Origin: Candidatus Aenigmatarchaeota archaeon
GTDB taxonomy: Archaea > Aenigmatarchaeota > Aenigmatarchaeia > CG10238-14 > WAMV01
DNA: 64,000 nt
Assembly (NCBI GenBank): GCA_015522145.1
Contig: WAMV01000007.1
Location: 15,470 to 79,469, forward strand
Reading direction: 5' to 3'
Part shown: positions 57,060 to 64,000 of the stretch, in pieces
Layout of the letters: each line of letters starts with the position of its first letter
Numbering within the stretch: the stretch's first letter is position 1
The notes under the pieces: generated by a model
What the model saw: the letters and a program-made list of their open reading frames with translations, nothing else
The model's database searches: none
Told to the model about the DNA's origin: nothing
Translations under genes and position numbers: made by a program

Positions 57060-57919
57060 TCTCCCTTCGGCGTGCTAGCTTTTACTAAATATAAAAATGC
57101 CAAAGATACTGCTGGAAGGAAAACAAACATAAGGATGAACTGGAATATAACTATATCAGTTATGACGCCTCCTATAATTGAGATTATGGATGTTAATATG
57201 GTAAAGAATATTGCTCCTAAAACTATTGCTGTCAGATAAATTTCTATGTAAATGGTTAGGTTTTTAGAAAATTCATAAAGTTCACGTCTGTAATCATCCA
57301 TCAAACTTCTTGATTTTTGCTCCAAAAATTCTCCTAGGTCTGCACCACTTTTCAAAACACTAAGTATACCAACCAGAACATCTGATAACTGCTTAGATGG
57401 TGAGCGCTTTATAGCATTTTCCAATGCAGTATTTATATCCAAACCAAAAAATTCTATATCATTAATGATATCTTCAAATTCCTCGACTATTTCTTCGTAC
57501 CTTCCGAACTTTGTAAAAATTTTTATGCCTTCGACAAAAGAAATTCTGCTCTTCATTATGGCTGATAGGTAAAGCATGGCAAAAGGTAATGATTGATTTA
57601 TCTTTCTAGATCTCATAGAAACCAGTATTTTTGGATAGTTCAGAAAAAAGAAAAATATTAGAACGGCAAAAACAATGCTAGTAGTTATAGAAAAAATGAA
57701 AGAGAACAAAAAAGTAGCAAAAAACAATCCATAGAAAAATGAGAAAACCGGTAAGCTGAGCAAGAATGCTACGAAAGATACGAAAATCGCTATGCTCAAA
57801 TATTCAGAAGGTGAATACCTTAATTTGCTCTTAACTAAATCATCCTTTATTTCTGGAAATAGCTTTATCAGAGGCTCGGTATACGCACTAAACATTTTAA
57901 ATGCAATGCTTTTTATCAT
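57056..57919 (-). CDS. Type II/IV secretion system membrane platform protein (TadB/FlaJ N-terminal-half-like)
   Basis: T2SSF-like topology. Split from the partner above. Confidence 0.6.
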   Translation of the reverse strand: MIKSIAFKMFSAYTEPLIKLFPEIKDDLVKSKLRYSPSEYLSIAIFVSFVAFLLSLPVFSFFYGLFFATFLFSFIFSITTSIVFAVLIFFFFLNYPKILVSMRSRKINQSLPFAMLYLSAIMKSRISFVEGIKIFTKFGRYEEIVEEFEDIINDIEFFGLDINTALENAIKRSPSKQLSDVLVGILSVLKSGADLGEFLEQKSRSLMDDYRRELYEFSKNLTIYIEIYLTAIVLGAIFFTILTSIISIIGGVITDIVIFQFILMFVFLPAVSLAFLYLVKASTPKGE

Positions 57920-57920
57920 T

Positions 57921-59642
57921 TCAACTACCTCTTATAGCTGCCAACAGCCTAGATGGGTAAGCGTAATACATTTTGAAGACTTTGTAAACATCTCTGTAGT
58001 CTGTTATGTTTTTGTCTTTCATCCACTTTAGTATCATAACCCTTCTTTTAAACTCTTCCATTATTTCCTCTTTGCTTAGACCAAAGTCTTCCGCTATTTT
58101 TTCCAGAACATGGCTTTTGGATATTATGTTGAAGGTATCCTGGCTTGCGTCCCATTTGAAAAGTAAATTAAATGTTGGTTCTTCTTTTTCTTTGTCATAG
58201 CCTGTAATCTCTAGCACTTCTCTAACCTTTCTTACAAATTTATTTCTATACAAGGTTCTGGAAACAAATACAACGCAATCAAGAGCTTCTATCAAGCTAG
58301 GTGGTAGAGATATTGGTGGTGTGGTAAGCCTGTCTATAAGCCTGTATAAATTTTCAGCATGTATGGTAGCTAGGGATGGATGGCCAGTAGCCATCTGCTG
58401 GAAAAGTATGTAAGCCTCTTTACCCCTAACTTCTCCAAGAATTATATAGTCAGGTCTTTGTCTGAAGCTTGCCTTCAACAAATCAAATAAATCTATCTCT
58501 CCTTTTTTGCCAGAAGATATTGGCGTCCTTGCTACCATTGGGACCCAGTGTGTATGGGGTAGTTGTAGTTCAGCTGTATCTTCTATAGACACAATTTTTC
58601 TGTCCGGTCTTATGAATAAAGATAGTACATTCAACAAAGTGGTTTTGCCTGATGCTGTACCTCCAGCAATCAAAACGTTTCTTCCATAATCAACTATAAG
58701 CCATAGATAAGCCAAAACCTTTTCATCAAGCGTTCTGTACTTCAATAAATGTATTGGCGTTAAAGGTGTTTTAGTAAACTTTCTTATGGTAAAATTGCTC
58801 CCTTTTCTAGCAATATCTGTTGCTAACGTGGCTTGTAGTCTGCTACCATCTGGTAAAGTGCCATCAACAAGGGGCTCGGCAACAGATATGGATTTGCCGC
58901 ATAATTGAGCAAGTCTAACCACAAAAGCATCAAGCTCATCCCTATCTTTAAATACAACATTGGTCTCCACTGTGCCTATCATTGGATTTCTGTGAAATAC
59001 GTGAATTGGTATGTTGACGCCATCGCAGCTTATATCCTCTATTTCCTCATCCTGCATTAAAGGTTCTATTTTACCCAACCCTACAAAATCTCTAGTTATG
59101 TAATACATTAAGATATCTTTTTCTTCACTAGTTAAGTTGAATCCGAACTGCTTTATTATGTCGCTAGCCTCTTTCTTTAAATATTCTATTGCTTCTTCCC
59201 TCTTTATTTTTCTGAAATCTACGTTAAGCCTGGTTTCCAAAATTTCTTTAACTTTGTTCATAGCATAACTTATTTTTTTGTCTATAGCAGGTTCTATAAC
59301 ATTATAAACGTACTTCTGCTCCTCTTTATTCCAGATTATTTCTGCATAAGCAAAAACTTTCTCTCCTTTTTTGGGTTTTTTAGGTATGAGGGGATATTTT
59401 ATCCTTAATTTTTGTATTGGTTTTGGCTCTGGAGGAGATACGACATCAATCATTTCTGGTAGCTCAATACCTTCAGCTTTTACAATTTTGATTTCTTTCT
59501 TTTTCTGCTGAGTGGGTTGTTGAACAAATGGGATAAAAATTTGCTGTGCTATTTGAGGTTGTTGAATCATAACTTCTTTTTTCTTTTCTGATAGTTTTTT
59601 GTAACCTTCTACAAATTTATTGAAAATTTTTTTGGCTTTCAT
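57921..59642 (-). CDS. Type IV pilus/archaellum assembly ATPase (FlaI/PilB/GspE family) with Gln/Pro/Lys-rich N-terminal extension
   Basis: Walker A GGTASGKTT, ...SIEDTAELQLPH, Asp/His boxes. N-terminal ~90 aa of low complexity. Confidence 0.85.
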   Translation of the reverse strand: MKAKKIFNKFVEGYKKLSEKKKEVMIQQPQIAQQIFIPFVQQPTQQKKKEIKIVKAEGIELPEMIDVVSPPEPKPIQKLRIKYPLIPKKPKKGEKVFAYAEIIWNKEEQKYVYNVIEPAIDKKISYAMNKVKEILETRLNVDFRKIKREEAIEYLKKEASDIIKQFGFNLTSEEKDILMYYITRDFVGLGKIEPLMQDEEIEDISCDGVNIPIHVFHRNPMIGTVETNVVFKDRDELDAFVVRLAQLCGKSISVAEPLVDGTLPDGSRLQATLATDIARKGSNFTIRKFTKTPLTPIHLLKYRTLDEKVLAYLWLIVDYGRNVLIAGGTASGKTTLLNVLSLFIRPDRKIVSIEDTAELQLPHTHWVPMVARTPISSGKKGEIDLFDLLKASFRQRPDYIILGEVRGKEAYILFQQMATGHPSLATIHAENLYRLIDRLTTPPISLPPSLIEALDCVVFVSRTLYRNKFVRKVREVLEITGYDKEKEEPTFNLLFKWDASQDTFNIISKSHVLEKIAEDFGLSKEEIMEEFKRRVMILKWMKDKNITDYRDVYKVFKMYYAYPSRLLAAIRGS

Positions 59643-60064
59643 GCAACAACTACCCTTAAATAATTTTGTATTTTATCAATACTAAAGATTTTGTTTTTTG
59701 CCACAGAGTAAATATTAGAAGAAATTGTATAGATTTTGTTCAGGTTGTTTATTTTATCGTTAACGCTTACAATTCTTAGGCTTTCACATACTAACTCGTT
59801 ATTTACGCTAGAAAGTTTGTAAGCATTTCCAAGCATCTTTTCAGGCAAAGTTATAGATAAGTTAGCTACTTGGCAAATACTACAGGATTCAAAGTTAATT
59901 GCTTCGACAGCCAAATAATTACAAACTATTCTCATCGCATTTTCCTGGTTGGTTTTTCTAAAATTATTGGCATAAAAATCAAAAACGCCCGTAACAAGAG
60001 AAAAAACGCTTAACCCTATAACAAAGAACAATAAAAATTGTAGCACTAAAGCTTGGCTTTTCAT
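59639..60064 (-). CDS. Pilin-like protein (MKS|QALVLQFLLFF...)
   Basis: Class III signal-like N-terminus with Q at +1. Confidence 0.4.
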   Translation of the reverse strand: MKSQALVLQFLLFFVIGLSVFSLVTGVFDFYANNFRKTNQENAMRIVCNYLAVEAINFESCSICQVANLSITLPEKMLGNAYKLSSVNNELVCESLRIVSVNDKINNLNKIYTISSNIYSVAKNKIFSIDKIQNYLRVVVA

Positions 60065-60672
60065 GATAATAAAACTATAACCTCAGTTTCTATTAATTGT
60101 TGGGTTTGGAAAGTGTTGCCCCTGTTCAAAATTATTAAATTGCCAGAACTTTTAGAAGGTCCTCCAGGATTTCGTACTAGCTTTATCCTGTAAGTTTTGT
60201 CTGTTGCTTGGTCTACCAAATCTCTAAGATAAACCCTGTAGCTTATTTCATAACCATCTGTAACGTTTTTAGATTGGACGCAAACAACAGTAGCCCTATC
60301 TTTACCAACTATACCGCTTGCTGGTGGACAAGAGGCACCTGGCGTTAATGCAATCCAGCCTAAATCTGGTGCATAGGGCGTTGTTTTCGAGAAAAAGGAA
60401 AATTCTATGTAATTTTCGGTTTCGTTTAATCGCCAAACTCCCTTTGTTTCAAGTCTAAAAGTTTCCTCTCCTCCAAGATTGGCAACGTTTTCTATTTTAG
60501 AAGGTAAAGATAGTTCGCTTTGTTGATCAAAGAAACTTTTAACTTGATTTATTTGTGAAGAGTATTGTCTTTTTTCAATAAGCGGTCTGCCCCATAAATA
60601 AACAGCTGAAAATAAAGAAAGAGAAATGCCTACAATAATTAGAACTGCTATTATTTCGTTAACGGCTTTCAT
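60061..60672 (-). CDS. Type IV pilin-like protein (MKA|VNEIIAVLIIVG...)
   Basis: Class III signal peptide-like N-terminus, 203 aa. Confidence 0.45.
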   Translation of the reverse strand: MKAVNEIIAVLIIVGISLSLFSAVYLWGRPLIEKRQYSSQINQVKSFFDQQSELSLPSKIENVANLGGEETFRLETKGVWRLNETENYIEFSFFSKTTPYAPDLGWIALTPGASCPPASGIVGKDRATVVCVQSKNVTDGYEISYRVYLRDLVDQATDKTYRIKLVRNPGGPSKSSGNLIILNRGNTFQTQQLIETEVIVLLS

Positions 60673-60681
60673 AAATTAAAT

Positions 60682-61110
60682 TTATTTGATTTGCTTCTTT
60701 AAAATTGGGTAAATTGGTCTTCTTAAACTTTTTTCTATTGATTGAAGCAAGGATATGATGGTTCTGTTTGCTTCAAGAAGCTTTTTGTTTGTTTCTAAGA
60801 CTTTATCTAGCTTGCTTTCTCCTTCTTGGGAAATTTCGCCCTCCTCGCTAGCAGCAGCCTTTATGTAATTTATAAGCTCTTGTATGTTTTTAATCAAATT
60901 TTCTATCTGTGGAACTAGTCTAGCAATCTCAAGCCTTAATGCATCATTAGACTTTGCAAGCTCGTCAACAATTTCCTGGTTTAATCTTATGACGCTAACC
61001 AATTCTTTGTAGAATTCTTTTGTTTCTTCATCTAGCTTTCTTTCAAGAATAGACAATTTATCTTCCAATCTTTTGAGTGGTGTTTTGGATACTATTTCAT
61101 AATCTGTCAT
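60682..61110 (-). CDS. Hypothetical coiled-coil protein, first gene of the pilus operon
   Basis: 142 aa, charged alpha-helical, no TM. Confidence 0.35.
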   Translation of the reverse strand: MTDYEIVSKTPLKRLEDKLSILERKLDEETKEFYKELVSVIRLNQEIVDELAKSNDALRLEIARLVPQIENLIKNIQELINYIKAAASEEGEISQEGESKLDKVLETNKKLLEANRTIISLLQSIEKSLRRPIYPILKKQIK

Positions 61111-61142
61111 TAAATAATTTTTGGATTAGCATAAATAAAAAT

Positions 61143-61571
61143 ATGAAAAAGGAAAGGTCTGCGGGCGTTGTTATATTCAGGAAAGAAGGGAAGGTGTTGA
61201 AATTTTTGTTGCTTCACTATAAGTTCAAATCTGTATACTGGGATTTTCCTAAAGGTCATATAGAGCAAGGAGAAACAGAGCTGCAAGCTGCTAAAAGAGA
61301 AGTTTATGAGGAAACTGGTATAAGAGAATTAAACTTTTTACTTGGATTTAGAACTGAATCGAGGTATTTCTTCAGAAACAACAATCAGCTTGTTGAAAAA
61401 ACTGTGGTTTATTTTCTGGCTCAGACCACGCAGAAAGAGGTTAAGATTTCTTATGAGCACATAGGCTATGGTTGGTTTAGTTATGAAGAAGCTATGAAAT
61501 TGCTTAAGCCTGAGTCGCAAAAAGTTTTGAAGAAGGCAATGGAATTTTTAGTTAAAACGGGTTTGGTTTAA
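61143..61571 (+). CDS. NUDIX hydrolase (Ap4A hydrolase-like)
   Basis: Nudix box [23 protein letters not shown]. Start taken at the ATG at 61143 (MKKERSAG). Confidence 0.7.
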   Translation: MKKERSAGVVIFRKEGKVLKFLLLHYKFKSVYWDFPKGHIEQGETELQAAKREVYEETGIRELNFLLGFRTESRYFFRNNNQLVEKTVVYFLAQTTQKEVKISYEHIGYGWFSYEEAMKLLKPESQKVLKKAMEFLVKTGLV

Positions 61572-63202
61572 ATTTCCTCACTTTCTCCTTTTTCTGAGCC
61601 ACCTTTACTAACCTTGGTTGCTGCTATTACGTCATCTATGCGTAATATCATCTCTGCAGCTTCTGCAGCGCTCTTGATTGCTTGGGACTTTACTTTTAAT
61701 GGTTCTACTATTCCTTTTTCTACTGCATCAACAATCTTGCCTTCAAAAACATCGACGCCTGCATTCTTATTGCCTTTGTCGTGTTCTGCTCTTAAGCTAA
61801 CCAAGATGTCTATAGAATCAAGGCCAGCATTCTCTGCCAGGCTTCTAGGTATAATCTCCAGAGCGTCTGCAAAAGCCATTACAGCAAGCTGCTCCTTGCC
61901 TGGCAAGGATTCAGCAAATTCCCTAAGCTTTCTAGCTACCTCTACCTCTGGAGCACCTGCACCAGGCACAACCTTGCCTAGCTCTAAGCTTGAGGCAACT
62001 GCACCTATTGCATCCTCTATAGCTCTGTCAACCTCATCAGTTACGTGCTCTGTTGAACCTCTTACCAAGATACTTACTGCTTTAGGATCTTTGCAACCCC
62101 TAACAAAAATTATTTCTTCACCAGCTATTCTTTTCTCCTCAACCAAAGCTGCATAGCCTAAAGCGTCTTGGCTCAAATCATCTAAGTTAGAAACGATTTT
62201 GGCGCCGGTTGCCTTTGCTAATGCTTCCATGTCGCTCTTCTTGACTCTTCTAGCTGCCAGTATGCCGTTTTTAGCAAGGTAATGCTGAGCTAAGTCATCA
62301 ATTCCTTTTTGGCAGAAAACTACGTTTGCTCCAGACTTAACGATTTTGTTGACCATTTCCATTAGCATTTTTTCTTCTTGCTCTATGAATGCCTGCAACT
62401 GTTCTGGACTTGTTATTCTTATTTGAGCGTCTGTTTCAGTTTCCTTAACCTCTAAAGGTGTGTCTATAAGGGCTATTTTAGCATCTTTAACAGCTTTAGG
62501 CATGCCTGGATGAACAACTTCTTTATCAATAACTATGCCTTCAATAAGTTCAGTTTCTTCAGCAGAAGCACCGTGTTTTTTAACACGCTTTATGTCTTCT
62601 TTGTCTATGATAACTTTACCATTCTCTATTTTAGCAACTTTCCTTACTGCATCTACAACAATTTTTGCAAGCTTGTCAGATGCTCTTTCAGCTGATTTAC
62701 CTGTCATTGCTGTCTTAGCTATTTTAATTAACATTTCTTCGTCTTCTAAACTGACTGGTATTGCCATCTCCTCCAGAACTTTCAAAGCTTCCTGCTTTGC
62801 CAAATTATAGCCATAGGTTATGACTGTTGGATGAATATCTTGATCTAGCAGTTCTTCAGCTTTCTTTAATAGTTCGCCTGCAATAACCACGCTAGTAGTT
62901 GTTCCATCTCCAACTTCCTCATTTTGAGTTTTAGCAACCTCAACAAGCATTTTTGCTGCTGGATGCTCAATTTCCATTTCTTCCAGAATAGTTACGCCAT
63001 CGTTAGTTATAACAATGTCACCAACAGAATCTACAAGCATTTTGTCCATTCCTTTTGGACCAAGAGTAGTTCTTACAGCATCTGCTATAGCCTTAGCTGC
63101 AGCTATGTTGTTGCGCTGAGCATCTCTACCAATTTGTCTAAGCGTACCTTCTGGTAAAATTAAGATTGGTTGGCCTGACAATTGTGGTTGAATCTGTGCC
63201 AT
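61568..63202 (-). CDS. thsA: Thermosome subunit (group II chaperonin)
   Basis: [24 protein letters not shown] and C-terminal Gly/Ser/Glu tail. Confidence 0.9.
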   Translation of the reverse strand: MAQIQPQLSGQPILILPEGTLRQIGRDAQRNNIAAAKAIADAVRTTLGPKGMDKMLVDSVGDIVITNDGVTILEEMEIEHPAAKMLVEVAKTQNEEVGDGTTTSVVIAGELLKKAEELLDQDIHPTVITYGYNLAKQEALKVLEEMAIPVSLEDEEMLIKIAKTAMTGKSAERASDKLAKIVVDAVRKVAKIENGKVIIDKEDIKRVKKHGASAEETELIEGIVIDKEVVHPGMPKAVKDAKIALIDTPLEVKETETDAQIRITSPEQLQAFIEQEEKMLMEMVNKIVKSGANVVFCQKGIDDLAQHYLAKNGILAARRVKKSDMEALAKATGAKIVSNLDDLSQDALGYAALVEEKRIAGEEIIFVRGCKDPKAVSILVRGSTEHVTDEVDRAIEDAIGAVASSLELGKVVPGAGAPEVEVARKLREFAESLPGKEQLAVMAFADALEIIPRSLAENAGLDSIDILVSLRAEHDKGNKNAGVDVFEGKIVDAVEKGIVEPLKVKSQAIKSAAEAAEMILRIDDVIAATKVSKGGSEKGESEEI

Positions 63203-63236
63203 ATTAATTGTATACGTACAAACACATTTAAATTTT

Positions 63237-63968
63237 TTACGCCTCTTCTTGCAATAAATTGTGCGGTCTTTGCTTATTCAAAAAATAGAATCGCATTTCA
63301 AAGAAATTTGCGAGTTTTTCTGCTTCCTTAATTCTATCTTTATTAAGTTTAAAAGCAACAACCTCTTTCATCTTAGAAATTAGTTGTATGGGCATGTTTA
63401 TCAAAGCACTTACTTCATAGCCAAGTTCTTCAAGCATTCTGTAAAGCTCTAGCTCTTCTTTGCTTTTGGGCATTATTTTTTCAAACCTTGGCTTCATAAC
63501 TTCTTCTTTTGTTAGGGTTTTGACAAGCTTCGTATTTAAGGCTTTTTCTATTTTTCTTGCTGTCTGTATTCTTGGCCTGATTTTTCCTGACTCTATTTCG
63601 TAAAGGCATTTCTTGCTTATTCCTGTTTTATAAGAAAGTTTGGCTAGAGAAATTTTCTTTTCTTGTCTAACCCTTTTCATTTTTTCGCAATCTAACTGGA
63701 CTACATGAGCGCCTCTTACAGAATAGCTTAAAAATTCATTACGTCTTATCATCTTCTTGAATAAATTGAAGTGTAAAACAGCAACTTCGTGCCTATGATA
63801 AACCGATTTATCGCTTAACTCTTTCCTGTTATCTTTTTTGGCTACTATCAAAGGTTTTGCGTTTAAAAAATAGGAAAGTACTTTAATGTTGTTGGCTTGC
63901 CATTCTTTCAAAGCGTCTATGTTGAAAAGGGTTTTAATAATAAACTTTTCTTCTCCTTTTGTTGCCAC
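63237..63968 (-). CDS. XRE-family helix-turn-helix domain protein
   Basis: Central HTH_3-like motif [27 protein letters not shown]. Flanking domains are unknown. Confidence 0.5.
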   Translation of the reverse strand: MATKGEEKFIIKTLFNIDALKEWQANNIKVLSYFLNAKPLIVAKKDNRKELSDKSVYHRHEVAVLHFNLFKKMIRRNEFLSYSVRGAHVVQLDCEKMKRVRQEKKISLAKLSYKTGISKKCLYEIESGKIRPRIQTARKIEKALNTKLVKTLTKEEVMKPRFEKIMPKSKEELELYRMLEELGYEVSALINMPIQLISKMKEVVAFKLNKDRIKEAEKLANFFEMRFYFLNKQRPHNLLQEEA

Positions 63969-64000
63969 ATCAAAGCTACCAAAATAATCAAGAGTTTCAT

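Noticed and set aside
1-64000. Mobile elements, integrases, transposases, rRNA genes
   Set aside because: No ORF resembles a transposase or integrase. No inverted-repeat-bounded element was seen. The only RNA gene recognised is the tRNA-Ser.

Overview
The window reads as an AT-rich (about one-third GC) archaeal chromosome segment with a reduced, possibly DPANN-like gene set. Shine-Dalgarno motifs precede many genes and ATGA start/stop overlaps indicate tight operons.

Content by region:
- 1-6.1 kb: enolase (partial) overlapping archaeal phosphoglycerate mutase (ApgM), a short beta-CASP RNase, an M29-like aminopeptidase and SerRS.
- 6.1-25.7 kb: the ribosomal-protein supercluster. It is broken by an inversion between uS14 and uS8. 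The uL3-to-uS14 half lies on the minus strand and the uS8-to-SecY/eL34/eL14 half on the plus strand, and the two halves diverge across a 54-bp junction. Embedded in the cluster are ProRS (antisense), a prepilin peptidase, a small novel ORF, a HIT-like protein, a PF04008-like protein, a NUDIX hydrolase, a CBS protein and an HhH protein. adk and cmk are absent.
- 25.7-30.1 kb: an AmmeMemoRadiSam radical-SAM/Memo pair, a ferredoxin, a Na+/H+ antiporter, Cbf5, and an intron-containing tRNA-Ser(UGA). The tRNA's 5' leader carries a box C/D-type K-loop whose guide is perfectly complementary to the tRNA's own anticodon loop.
- 30.2-37.3 kb: a copper/redox island. It holds a C2H2 zinc-finger membrane protein, a CopB-type ATPase with a YHS domain, a DsbA-like protein, an ICMT-family methyltransferase, a Met/His-rich secreted protein, a CopG/DUF411-like protein, a CxxC membrane protein and a membrane-tethered wHTH regulator. 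Fe/Mn SOD, endonuclease IV and a large glycoprotein-like surface protein follow.
- 41-48.7 kb: aIF5B, a metallophosphoesterase, a HerA-like ATPase, Rad50 and Mre11.
- 48.7-51.8 kb: two membrane proteins sharing a strictly conserved C-terminal ...LPxMVGGC* tail, next to a secreted protein with three thioredoxin-like CDxC domains and a cupredoxin domain.
- 51.8-64 kb: proteasome beta, aCPSF1/FttA, an eight-gene type IV pilus-like operon, a second NUDIX, the thermosome and an XRE-HTH protein.

No CRISPR array, rRNA gene or transposase was seen.
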